Of a DNA stretch of 64,000 nt, positions 28,370-36,449 are shown piece by piece. A program made the translations under genes and the position numbers. The stretch covers positions 20,292 through 84,291 of the forward strand of contig CANJKV010000002.1 of NCBI GenBank assembly GCA_947474855.1, given 5' to 3'. The notes beneath the pieces were generated by a model, which was given only the letters and a program-made list of their open reading frames with translations, was not told where the DNA came from and did not search any database. Positions within the stretch are counted from its first letter, which is position 1. Each line of letters begins with the position of its first letter. This stretch comes from Aurantimonadaceae bacterium. GTDB taxonomy: Bacteria > Pseudomonadota > Alphaproteobacteria > Rhizobiales > Rhizobiaceae.

Positions 28370-28605
28370 CCGTTCTCGGAGAATTGCCGGCTCGTGAGGT
28401 CCGCCACCGTGGGAACGGCCACGGCGACGTCGACGTCCTTCACGACGGAGAAGCCGTTCTTGCGCATGTTCTCGACGGTCTTGGCCGTTCCCTGATCGAT
28501 CCCGCCGGCATCACCGCTTGAATACGGCTGCACGGTTCCCTTGTCGGTGTCCACGACCCAAAGCTGCTGCTGGTCGCCCCGGTGGCCGATTACGAAGATC
28601 GTCAT
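28366..28605 (-). CDS. 79-aa ORF translationally coupled to YcaO (candidate substrate/precursor or partner protein)
   Basis: The ATG at 28605 is preceded by GGAGAAGG. The stop overlaps the YcaO start. The sequence is MTIFVIGHRGDQQQLWVVDTDKGTVQPYSSGDAGGIDQGTAKTVENMRKNGFSVVKDVDVAVAVPTVADLTSRQFSENG. It is hidden in the tail of a 598-aa shadow ORF. Confidence 0.6.
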   Translation of the reverse strand: MTIFVIGHRGDQQQLWVVDTDKGTVQPYSSGDAGGIDQGTAKTVENMRKNGFSVVKDVDVAVAVPTVADLTSRQFSENG

Positions 28606-28619
28606 GCCTTCTCCTGTCC

Positions 28620-30635
28620 TTACCTGAAGCCGGCTTCGCTGAGCGCACCGGCATAGTGGGCAACGTGATCCTTCGACCGCAGCGGGATCGTGGCGATCCA
28701 GTCGTCGATGCGGAAGTTGGGTTGGTCCTCGAGGGCTCTCGCGACGTAGAAGGCCGCTTCCTTCCGCCGGCCGCTTCGCGCGAGGCAGGCCGCCGTCAGC
28801 CTGTTCGCCGGTCCGCGTCGCTTCATACGCTCCAGGTGCGACAGGGCGCCCTCGTAGTCGTCGAGGAAGAACAGCGCGCCCGCCGCCGTCCAGAGATAAT
28901 CGTCCGGCGGGATCGGGTTGAGCTCGATGGCCTTCTCGATGCGCCCGAGCGCCGGCAGCATGTCGGAGCAGTGCGTCAGGGCGTTGGCGTGGTCGGCGAG
29001 GATGTCGGCGTGGTGAGGAGCAAGACGCTCGGCTCGCGTCAGTCCGTCGACGGCATCGTCGAGCCCGCCGAGAAACAGGGTGGCGCTCGCGAGTTCCCGC
29101 ACCGCCTCGCCGCTGAACGGATCCACCTCGACGGCACGGGTCGCGATCCGCCGCGCCTCCAGGAGTGGCTCGCGGTCGGTCCGGGAGAGAAGCAGCCATT
29201 CGAGGGTGAACGTCCTCGCGATCCCGTTCAGAGCCGGCACGAATTCGGGCGCCCGTTCTGCGGCCTGCGCGAACGCCTTCCGCGCCCTCCTGAGATCCGG
29301 AAGGTCGAGGACCTGAAGATGCGAGCGCCCTCTGAGATACAGATGATAGGCATCCGGTTGCCGCGCCGACTCGAAGCGTGCCAGTTCCATGCGCTCGACA
29401 CGATCCGCAAGCGCGGTCACGATCGACCGCGACAGCAGGCGATGATGCTCCCCCGGATCGCCCGCCCGCAGATCGAACTCCTCGCCCCAGAGCGTCACCC
29501 GATCGACCATACGCACGAGCCTGACGACGAGGCGCGCCCCGCCGCCGAAGCTGCGCACGCTCGTCTCCGCGACGTAGCGTGCGCCGAACAGGTCCTTCGG
29601 AGGGTTCTCGCGCGAAAGCTGCCGGGTCGTATGCGGCGCGATGACCGCGATCGATCTCAGCCGGCACAGGCCGAGCACGACGTCCTCGACCAACGCTTCG
29701 GCCAGGTCGACATGCGCGTCCTCGACTCCGGCGCGCACGGGCATGAGGACGCACAGCTTGGGAATGGACGGGGGCTGGCGAGCCTCCGGCTCCGGCTGGC
29801 TCGCGACTTGCGCTGCGCTCCGGGGAACGTCCGCTTCGGTCGCCGACGCGATCGTCCGCCCGAGCTCCGACAGCAAGCCAGCCGTCCTCCCGTCCGGGCT
29901 GGTTCCGAGTTCGGCCTCGAAGCGGCATCGCATCTCGGCGAAGACGGCCTGCGCCGCCGCGATGCCATGCCCCTTGGCCCTCAGGCCGATCAACGAACGC
30001 CAGGCATCCTCGCGATAGGGGTCGACGTCGAGAAGGCGCCGGAGCGCCGTCTCGCCGTCCACGCCGCCGACCGTCGCCGCTCCCGCGAGCACCAGGTCGC
30101 CGTAGCGCTCCCGGAGGCGGACGCGCTGCGCCCTGATCCAGGCGTCGAGTGCCTCGCCACATCCCGAGACACCCTCCAGCAGATCGCCACGGTAGAGTTT
30201 CACGAGCCTCGCGAGCTCGCTGCCGGTCCGAGGCGCCTCGAGCTCGTCGAGCGTCGCGAGATCGACCTCGAGGTCGGGAGCGGCCGCGACCAACCGCACC
30301 TCGGTCCGGGAGATGGACAGGATGTCGACCCCGAATTCGGTCTGGCGATCATGTATCCGCGACAGGAGCTGGCGGAGGTTGGCCAGGGCGCCGGCCTGCC
30401 CCGCATCCTCGTACATCGAGGTCGCGAGCCACGAACGGGACGCCCGCCGGCCGACCGAGAGCTGCAGAACGGCGGCAAGGACGAACGCCTTCTGCGGCAG
30501 GGCCGTCGAGATGCCGTCCCCGCCGCGATGCAGGGCCGGAGCGCCGAGAAGAAGGAGGAGATCCCGTCCGTCACCCATGTCGTCTTCTGCGTCGTCCTCA
30601 AGCTTTCGCAAGCAACGTCTATCAACGGCCCGCAA
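28620..30635 (-). CDS. SARP-type regulator: OmpR/PhoB-like winged helix + BTAD + C-terminal TPR region
   Basis: 'LLLLGAPALHRGG...ALPQKAFVLAAVLQL...RSWLATSMYED' is the winged helix. 'LVKLYRGDLLEG...DAWIRAQRVRLRERY...DPYREDAWRSLIGLRAKGHGIAAAQAVFAEMRCRFEAELGTSP' is the BTAD. TPR-like repeats sit at the C-terminus. It ends 14 nt before the 79-aa ORF. Confidence 0.8.
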   Translation of the reverse strand: MRAVDRRCLRKLEDDAEDDMGDGRDLLLLLGAPALHRGGDGISTALPQKAFVLAAVLQLSVGRRASRSWLATSMYEDAGQAGALANLRQLLSRIHDRQTEFGVDILSISRTEVRLVAAAPDLEVDLATLDELEAPRTGSELARLVKLYRGDLLEGVSGCGEALDAWIRAQRVRLRERYGDLVLAGAATVGGVDGETALRRLLDVDPYREDAWRSLIGLRAKGHGIAAAQAVFAEMRCRFEAELGTSPDGRTAGLLSELGRTIASATEADVPRSAAQVASQPEPEARQPPSIPKLCVLMPVRAGVEDAHVDLAEALVEDVVLGLCRLRSIAVIAPHTTRQLSRENPPKDLFGARYVAETSVRSFGGGARLVVRLVRMVDRVTLWGEEFDLRAGDPGEHHRLLSRSIVTALADRVERMELARFESARQPDAYHLYLRGRSHLQVLDLPDLRRARKAFAQAAERAPEFVPALNGIARTFTLEWLLLSRTDREPLLEARRIATRAVEVDPFSGEAVRELASATLFLGGLDDAVDGLTRAERLAPHHADILADHANALTHCSDMLPALGRIEKAIELNPIPPDDYLWTAAGALFFLDDYEGALSHLERMKRRGPANRLTAACLARSGRRKEAAFYVARALEDQPNFRIDDWIATIPLRSKDHVAHYAGALSEAGFR

Positions 30636-30705
30636 CCCGTCAATCCGGCGCCCGGTCGCCTGTCACGCTTTCGTCACGCTGGAGCGGCCGCCGTCTTGTT
30701 CGCCG

Positions 30706-31650
30706 TCAGGGCTTCGGCCCCGATGCCCGCATTGGGGCGGCACGCGAAAGGACCTGGAACCAGAATGGAGCGCCGAGGCTGACTGCGAGACCCGTCAGCA
30801 GCCAGCCCAGTAGCTTCAGCAGGCCTTCCTCGCGCAGCAGGGACCAGGCGGCGCTTCCGCATCGCCGGACGATCGCCGCCTCCCCGGACTGGGCCACCAG
30901 ACAGTCGAAGCCGATCGGAAGGCCTTCCGACTGCAGACGGAGAAGGTCGCGCGCCACTGCCGAGGTTTCCGGATCGCTCGCGGCCGGCGCCGGAACCAGG
31001 TCGCCTTCCGCTTGGATCCGGTCGGAGATCTCCTCCGCGGCGGAGCGAAGTCCCGGCGAGTTCCAGAAGCTTCGGACGAGTTGGACGGAATCGACGTTGC
31101 CGAGCGCCGCGACGAGGACGCCCAGCACGAACAGACGCTTCCGGGCGTAAGCCTGGTACCATCCGGAGACGCGGTCCATGCTGGAAGAATACCAGGCCTC
31201 GATGCCCTTGATCATGGCGTCGTAGTCGGCGCCGGCGACGTCGACGATCGGCCGGAGCGCCTGCGCGACCACGGGGTGATCCAGGGAGATGGCCTCGAGC
31301 GACGCCTTGAGCGATGCCGCGTCTCCCGTCCGGGCGTCGGCCACGCCGGCGAGGCGTCCCCGCGCGACGACGACGTCCGCGAGAGCGCGCGCGAAGGATC
31401 CGGGATCCAGGTAGGAAGGCGGGCGTCCCTTGGCCACGTCGTCGCGGTAGAGGGCGCCCACGAGAGGATGCTGCATGACACGCCTGAAGATCGGCTGATC
31501 CGGCAGGAGATGGCGGATGCCTCGCTTCAGGAAGGTACCGCGGGTCCCGCGCCGCGAGGCGATCCATTCGTTCACCCCGCTCACGAAGGTGCAGAGCAGG
31601 AAGTAGACGACGGCCATGGACAGCGCCGTCTCGAGAAGGCGGAAGATCAC
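30706..31650 (-). CDS. Hypothetical integral membrane protein
   Basis: There are hydrophobic helices at the N-terminus (AVVYFLLCTFVSGV), in the middle (LFVLGVLVAALG) and at the C-terminus (LLGWLLTGLAVSLGAPFWF). The start overlaps the upstream stop by 4 nt. Confidence 0.7.
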   Translation of the reverse strand: MIFRLLETALSMAVVYFLLCTFVSGVNEWIASRRGTRGTFLKRGIRHLLPDQPIFRRVMQHPLVGALYRDDVAKGRPPSYLDPGSFARALADVVVARGRLAGVADARTGDAASLKASLEAISLDHPVVAQALRPIVDVAGADYDAMIKGIEAWYSSSMDRVSGWYQAYARKRLFVLGVLVAALGNVDSVQLVRSFWNSPGLRSAAEEISDRIQAEGDLVPAPAASDPETSAVARDLLRLQSEGLPIGFDCLVAQSGEAAIVRRCGSAAWSLLREEGLLKLLGWLLTGLAVSLGAPFWFQVLSRAAPMRASGPKP

Positions 31651-32966
31651 GAAGTCCTCCCCTGGGCGATCCTGAAGTCCCTCGCCGAAGGGATGGGCTG
31701 GCGTCCCACGTCGGCGCGTCCGGCCACGGCGAGGTTGCGGGGCCTGTAGTTCCTATCCACGTCCCACTTGAGCCTTGCCGAAGGATCGACGACCTGGGCG
31801 ATCCCGTCGCTCTCGACGAGCATCCTGCGGTAGTGCCGCCCGCCGGCGAACGCCTTAGCCTTGGCATATATGCCGCCCAGGAACTCGCCGTAGGAGTCTC
31901 GAACGGGAGACAGGTACTCGTTGCCGTCGAGCTTGAACTCCGGCGGCGGACTATCGGCGAAGGGGGGAACCTGACGGTCGCGGCGGAACACCAGTCCGAG
32001 TTCCGCGGCGGCGTTCGCCATCCAGAACAAGGGCGCCTCGCAGAGGAGGTCGTCGTCGTACCCTCCGCCGACGTTGGCATGCGCGCCGGGAAACCAGCGT
32101 TGCTCGACCCGGGTCCATAGCCCCCGATCCGGGGCGGTCCACAACGTGGCTTCGTAGTCGGCGCGGTGTTCGTCGATGGCGACCGCATGATACGCGTTCT
32201 CCACCACGCGCCCGAGCTTGGTGTCGTGGAACTCGAACCTTCCTCGACCGAAGGGCAGGGTCGCGCTTCCGAGCCAGGGAAGCCCAAGTGCGCCGACCGT
32301 GTCCCAGACTCCGACGAAGGCGATCTTGACCGTGAGGGCGGATCGCGCCCGGAACCCGGCCCAATCGGCCTGGTTCCGCGCCGGTCCGTGGGCCGGGTCG
32401 GCCTTTCTCCGGTATAGCTCCCACGCCTCAGCGATCTCGGGAGTGCTTCGGTCCAGAGGACGACCGCGCAACTCGGGCCTGCGCTCCCAGACCTTGTTCC
32501 TGTCGACGATGCCGACGCGGTTGATCATGCCGGCCAGGCTTCTGGCGGTGAAGGCGCCGCGGCTGAAGCCGAAGAGGAAGACGAGATCTCCTCGCGAGAA
32601 CGTCTCCTCCCGTTCGGCCGATGTGGGCTCGTAGGAGTCGTAGGGTCCGGAAGCGTCCGGGCGCGGCGCGCCAGGAAGGTAGGTGTTGACCAGCCAGCAA
32701 TAGCCCTCGAGCACGTTCCGTCCAAGGCCGAGACCGAGGGCTCCTCCGCGGATCCGGGTTCCCCATTCGGTTCCGACGCCCTGGTCGTAGAAGGTCAGCT
32801 GATCGGGGCATTGCGTGTCGACCGACGCCAGGACCCTATACAGACGCGACACGTTCGTCTGGCTTTCGAGACTGTTCCAGGTTCCGTCGAAGCAGAGCGC
32901 AAGGCGGCGGCAGCCGTCCGGCAGGGGAATGTAGTCGAGCTTGGCCTTCTCCGCGGTCATGGTCAT
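31647..32966 (-). CDS. DUF2235 (T6SS Tle1-like) alpha/beta hydrolase
   Basis: 'RLALCFDGTWNS', 'YDQGVGT' and 'FLFGFSRGAFTARSLAGMI' (the GxSxG nucleophile elbow) are present. The start is set at the ATG at 32966 (MTMTAEKAK). Confidence 0.85.
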   Translation of the reverse strand: MTMTAEKAKLDYIPLPDGCRRLALCFDGTWNSLESQTNVSRLYRVLASVDTQCPDQLTFYDQGVGTEWGTRIRGGALGLGLGRNVLEGYCWLVNTYLPGAPRPDASGPYDSYEPTSAEREETFSRGDLVFLFGFSRGAFTARSLAGMINRVGIVDRNKVWERRPELRGRPLDRSTPEIAEAWELYRRKADPAHGPARNQADWAGFRARSALTVKIAFVGVWDTVGALGLPWLGSATLPFGRGRFEFHDTKLGRVVENAYHAVAIDEHRADYEATLWTAPDRGLWTRVEQRWFPGAHANVGGGYDDDLLCEAPLFWMANAAAELGLVFRRDRQVPPFADSPPPEFKLDGNEYLSPVRDSYGEFLGGIYAKAKAFAGGRHYRRMLVESDGIAQVVDPSARLKWDVDRNYRPRNLAVAGRADVGRQPIPSARDFRIAQGRTS

Positions 32967-33222
32967 GGCCGATCGATCGATGTTCGAGGATTGGAAAGCG
33001 GCATCGGAGCGGAGAGAACAGCCGCGGCGAAGGCCACGGCCGCCGCGGGATGGAGACAGGGACCTCGACGTCGCAACTCCGATCGAAGCCTTCCGGTCGT
33101 CTCGTCGCTCGAACGTAAGACGGGACGGAAAGTCCGCGATGGTCGCGCGGTCAGGGGGCTCCGACGTCCGGGCTCGCGCCGGGAGCGAGGCGAGAAGCTC
33201 GTCGCCCCTGCACCGCCTGGCT

Positions 33223-34074
33223 TCAGCAGAAATCCAGGTATCCGAGCAAGCCGGACATCCTGACCTTTCGCGTCGATCGCCGGAACACGCCGTAGCCGTC
33301 GCGGGAACCACCGTTGTTCGTGTTGCCCTCGATCGTGACGATCCTGTCGCCCTGGACCTTCTGGACGATCCCGGCGTGTCCCTTGCCGCCTCCCGTGTCG
33401 AAGAGAAAGACCATGCCCGGCTTGATCGCGGCGGGCTGCGCCTCGGGAGGCGTCAGGATCCTGGCGGTACCTCTGTTCCTCATCTGCCACAAGGCGTGGA
33501 CCCCGGCGGTCCTGGGCAAGGGAGACTCGTCGCCGAGAACCTTGGCCGCTTCCAGGAACACCCACTGGATGAAGCAGATGCACCAGGGAAAGCTGCCGTT
33601 GCCCGGATTGAGGCCCGACGCCCTGATGTATTCGTCGACTTCCGGTCCCCGGTTCGATCCCCTGGGCTCCTCCATCACGCCGATCTGCGACGCGGCGACG
33701 GAAACCACAAGGGAACGCAGGTCCACCTCCCGGTCGACCACCGCCTCGTCGCCAGCCGTATCGCCGAAGAGGGATCCCCAGGTCTTTCGCCCGACCTGAC
33801 CGTCGACCTCGAGCTCCTCGCCCTGGGCGTCCAGGTGCCTGGCCTGGAAGAGGCGGACGGCATTCTCCGTCGCTTCCCCGAAGTCGCCGTCCACGACGAG
33901 GTTCGAGTTCATGGCCTGGTTCAGGCGAGCCTGGATCGCCCTCACCGCATCCGAGTCCATCTGGCCACGGGCGATGATCGCTCCGGGATAGGGCCGAGGT
34001 CGACGTGGCGCCGACCGTTGCGGATCAAGACTGACGACTACGCCGGGCTTGGCATCGACTGCGATGTTGGACAT
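33223..34074 (-). CDS. Peptidoglycan-binding domain + CHAP amidase/peptidase
   Basis: 'AVRAIQARLN...VVDGDFGEATENAVRLFQ...VDGQVGRKTW' is PG_binding_1-like. 'GSFPWCICFIQWV...KGHAGIVQKV...IEGNTN' is the CHAP Cys/His pattern. The ATG at 34074 is preceded by GGAGGAG. Confidence 0.85.
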   Translation of the reverse strand: MSNIAVDAKPGVVVSLDPQRSAPRRPRPYPGAIIARGQMDSDAVRAIQARLNQAMNSNLVVDGDFGEATENAVRLFQARHLDAQGEELEVDGQVGRKTWGSLFGDTAGDEAVVDREVDLRSLVVSVAASQIGVMEEPRGSNRGPEVDEYIRASGLNPGNGSFPWCICFIQWVFLEAAKVLGDESPLPRTAGVHALWQMRNRGTARILTPPEAQPAAIKPGMVFLFDTGGGKGHAGIVQKVQGDRIVTIEGNTNNGGSRDGYGVFRRSTRKVRMSGLLGYLDFC

Positions 34075-35305
34075 TGTCCGCTCCTCCGTTCGAACGTGAC
34101 CTGGCTTCCCTAACGAGACCTCGCGCTTGGCGTCTCGACCTGCATCCTCGGCCGCCAGGCGGCCGCAAGCACACGGTCCCGCATACCGAACACGCGACTC
34201 CGACTGCGGCAGCGTCCCTCGAACACGGGCCGACCTGCCGATCGAAAATCGTCGACCCGTCAAGACACCTCGAGCGCGAGCCTTGAGAACGCCAGGCTCG
34301 AAGCAAGCAGTCCAAGTGCCGGCATCTTGGAACCACAGCCTGCGTGACAGATGCGTGACGTAGGGTCATGCAAGCATCTCGGTGAACGATCCCTGCCCTT
34401 CGACAGTCGGCCTCCTTGGCCGATGACAATCCCGAGGGACGACGAAGCGGCACCGTCGTCTCGACTCGCCTTCCGCACGATCGCCAGACGTCGACTACGT
34501 TCGGCACGCGCGTCGCCGCTCGCGCCGGACCGCGGCACGGACGTTCTTGCGGCGATCGAACGAAGCCTGCCGATCGCGGATGGAGCGCCGCGCATCCGAC
34601 GGGGATCGCGTCGCTTCGGTCGGACGGCCTCCCGCACGCAAGGTCCCGAGGCGTCGACCTTGCCGGTAGATATCGGCCTAGGCCCTGCCGCAGCCTGGCT
34701 TCGATCGACGGGTCGAGCGTTCGACGGGATCGTTTCACGGCGACCGGCCGCTTGGCCGATCGACGGCCGGCGCCCGTCACGTCCGCGTCACGTGTCATCG
34801 CGGATATCGCCCCCGAGGGTGTCATGGCCTTTCGCAGGCGCAGGAGAGGCATGGTCGATCACGACGGATCATCGATCGCTGGGGGGAGGCCCAGCCACGA
34901 TGCCGGCATCGGGAGAGTGATGGGGACGGTCACGTTTCACGACCAGGCGGTCGACGCTCGCACCGTGGCTTGTTGGCTGGAAGTCGCCCCGGGACCGCCG
35001 TCGTCGAGCCGTTCGGCCCGGATCGGCTTCCTGGCGGTCCGTGGCCTCGCGACGCCGTATCGAGCACACCGTCCAGGAAGATCTCCGTTCAGGTCCGAAG
35101 GCCGACGCGGCTTCCTCCATGCGTCGCCGGAGGCCGGCGTCGCACCGCCCCAACGGTCGAAGCGGCACGAAGGCCCCACTGCCAGGGAAAGCCAGGGACC
35201 GGTTCGGGCGCAACTTGCCTCTCCTGCGATGGGCGTTGTATTGCGCCCGGGCCTCGTCGCATCCCGCCCGAGACTTCGGTCGGACGCCCTTGCGAGGCAG
35301 ACGCA

Positions 35306-36445
35306 ATGAGGTCGACGATGAACAAGCTCGGCCTCACGCTGATCTCCGGCATCATGGGCTGGAACGATCCGAACGTCGCTGCCCGGGAGTACGCGTGGCT
35401 CTTGCTGATGGCGGCGGTCAAGTACGATGGCTACAGCGACTTCCGCGCCGGATCGCGCTTCGTCGAGAGCTTGGCCACGTGGTTGAAGCAATTCGATCCT
35501 GGCGACAGGCAGACGGCCTACGACTTCGTCAAGCACAGGCTGGTCTACATCTCCGCCGCGGAGATGCAGAGGATCATCGAGGCGTTCGTTCCCGAGACGG
35601 TCACGCCCCGGCTCCGCCGCCTAGCCGCGGCGCAGGTCGGCATCGCCCCGGACCAGGTCTGGGGGAGCGCCGCGGGAGCGACCGCCTTCCGGCGACTCCT
35701 TCGCCGTTCCCTGTTCGTCGGGCTAAGCGACGGCAGCCGCGTCGATATCCTGCGGCGGGCGAACGCAGGTCTGCTGTCGCAGGAACAGATCGTCCCCATG
35801 ATGAACATCGACGCAAGGAAATGGGACGAGCTCGGCAAGGAGCTGCGCGACATCCAGGGTCCCGACGCCCGCTTCGAGCACGTCTACCTCATCGACGACT
35901 TCACGGCGTCGGGCACCACGTTCATCCGGCAGGTGAACGGCGACTGGAAGGGCAAGCTCAAGAAGTTCAACGACCTCGTCGCGACGGCTCGGGACGCCGC
36001 ACGTGCGTCGGGCGCCGGTTTCGCCATCGCGGAGGACTACACGGTGCACATCCATCACCATGTCTCGACCACGCAAGCGAGGGCGGCGCTGTTGCGCCGC
36101 GTGGAACAGGCCCGGGCGGAGTGGCCCGAACGCGACTTCGGAGAGGTCACGGTCAGCGAGGGGCTTCTTCTACCGGGAACGATGCGTCTGCGGCAATCGA
36201 CCGACGCCGCCATGCTCGCGCTCTGCGACAAGTACTACGATCACGAGCTCTACGAGCGCCTGAAGAAGCATTGCGACGAGGCGGGACAGACCGACATGAA
36301 GCGAGGCTATGCCAACTGCGCCCTTCCCCTCGTGCTCGAACACAACACCCCCAACAACAGCATCCCGCTGCTCTGGGCGGAGACCGGCGGCAAGCAAGGA
36401 CATGCCATGACGCCGCTGTTTCGCCGGCGGGACCGGCACGGCTGA
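35306..36445 (+). CDS. Phosphoribosyltransferase-domain protein with helical N-terminal extension
   Basis: The PRPP-binding loop is 'FEHVYLIDDFTASGTTFIRQ'. An alternative ATG at 35318 has a better GAGG spacing. The upstream part of the 491-aa track ORF is shadow. Confidence 0.8.
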   Translation: MRSTMNKLGLTLISGIMGWNDPNVAAREYAWLLLMAAVKYDGYSDFRAGSRFVESLATWLKQFDPGDRQTAYDFVKHRLVYISAAEMQRIIEAFVPETVTPRLRRLAAAQVGIAPDQVWGSAAGATAFRRLLRRSLFVGLSDGSRVDILRRANAGLLSQEQIVPMMNIDARKWDELGKELRDIQGPDARFEHVYLIDDFTASGTTFIRQVNGDWKGKLKKFNDLVATARDAARASGAGFAIAEDYTVHIHHHVSTTQARAALLRRVEQARAEWPERDFGEVTVSEGLLLPGTMRLRQSTDAAMLALCDKYYDHELYERLKKHCDEAGQTDMKRGYANCALPLVLEHNTPNNSIPLLWAETGGKQGHAMTPLFRRRDRHG

Positions 36446-36449
36446 GTCC

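Noticed and set aside
28366-30782. A 598-aa minus ORF (28366..30162) and a 754-aa plus ORF (28518..30782) across the SARP gene.
   Set aside because: These are shadow frames (Arg/Gly/Pro-rich). The 671-aa frame has winged-helix, BTAD and TPR features. Only the 3' 79 codons of the 598-aa ORF look real.
34416-35309. A 297-aa plus ORF and 275/199-aa minus ORFs in the divergent spacer upstream of the PRTase gene.
   Set aside because: They have Arg-rich shadow-like composition and overlap each other. The region is treated as a spacer of unknown content (see the finding at 34075-35305).
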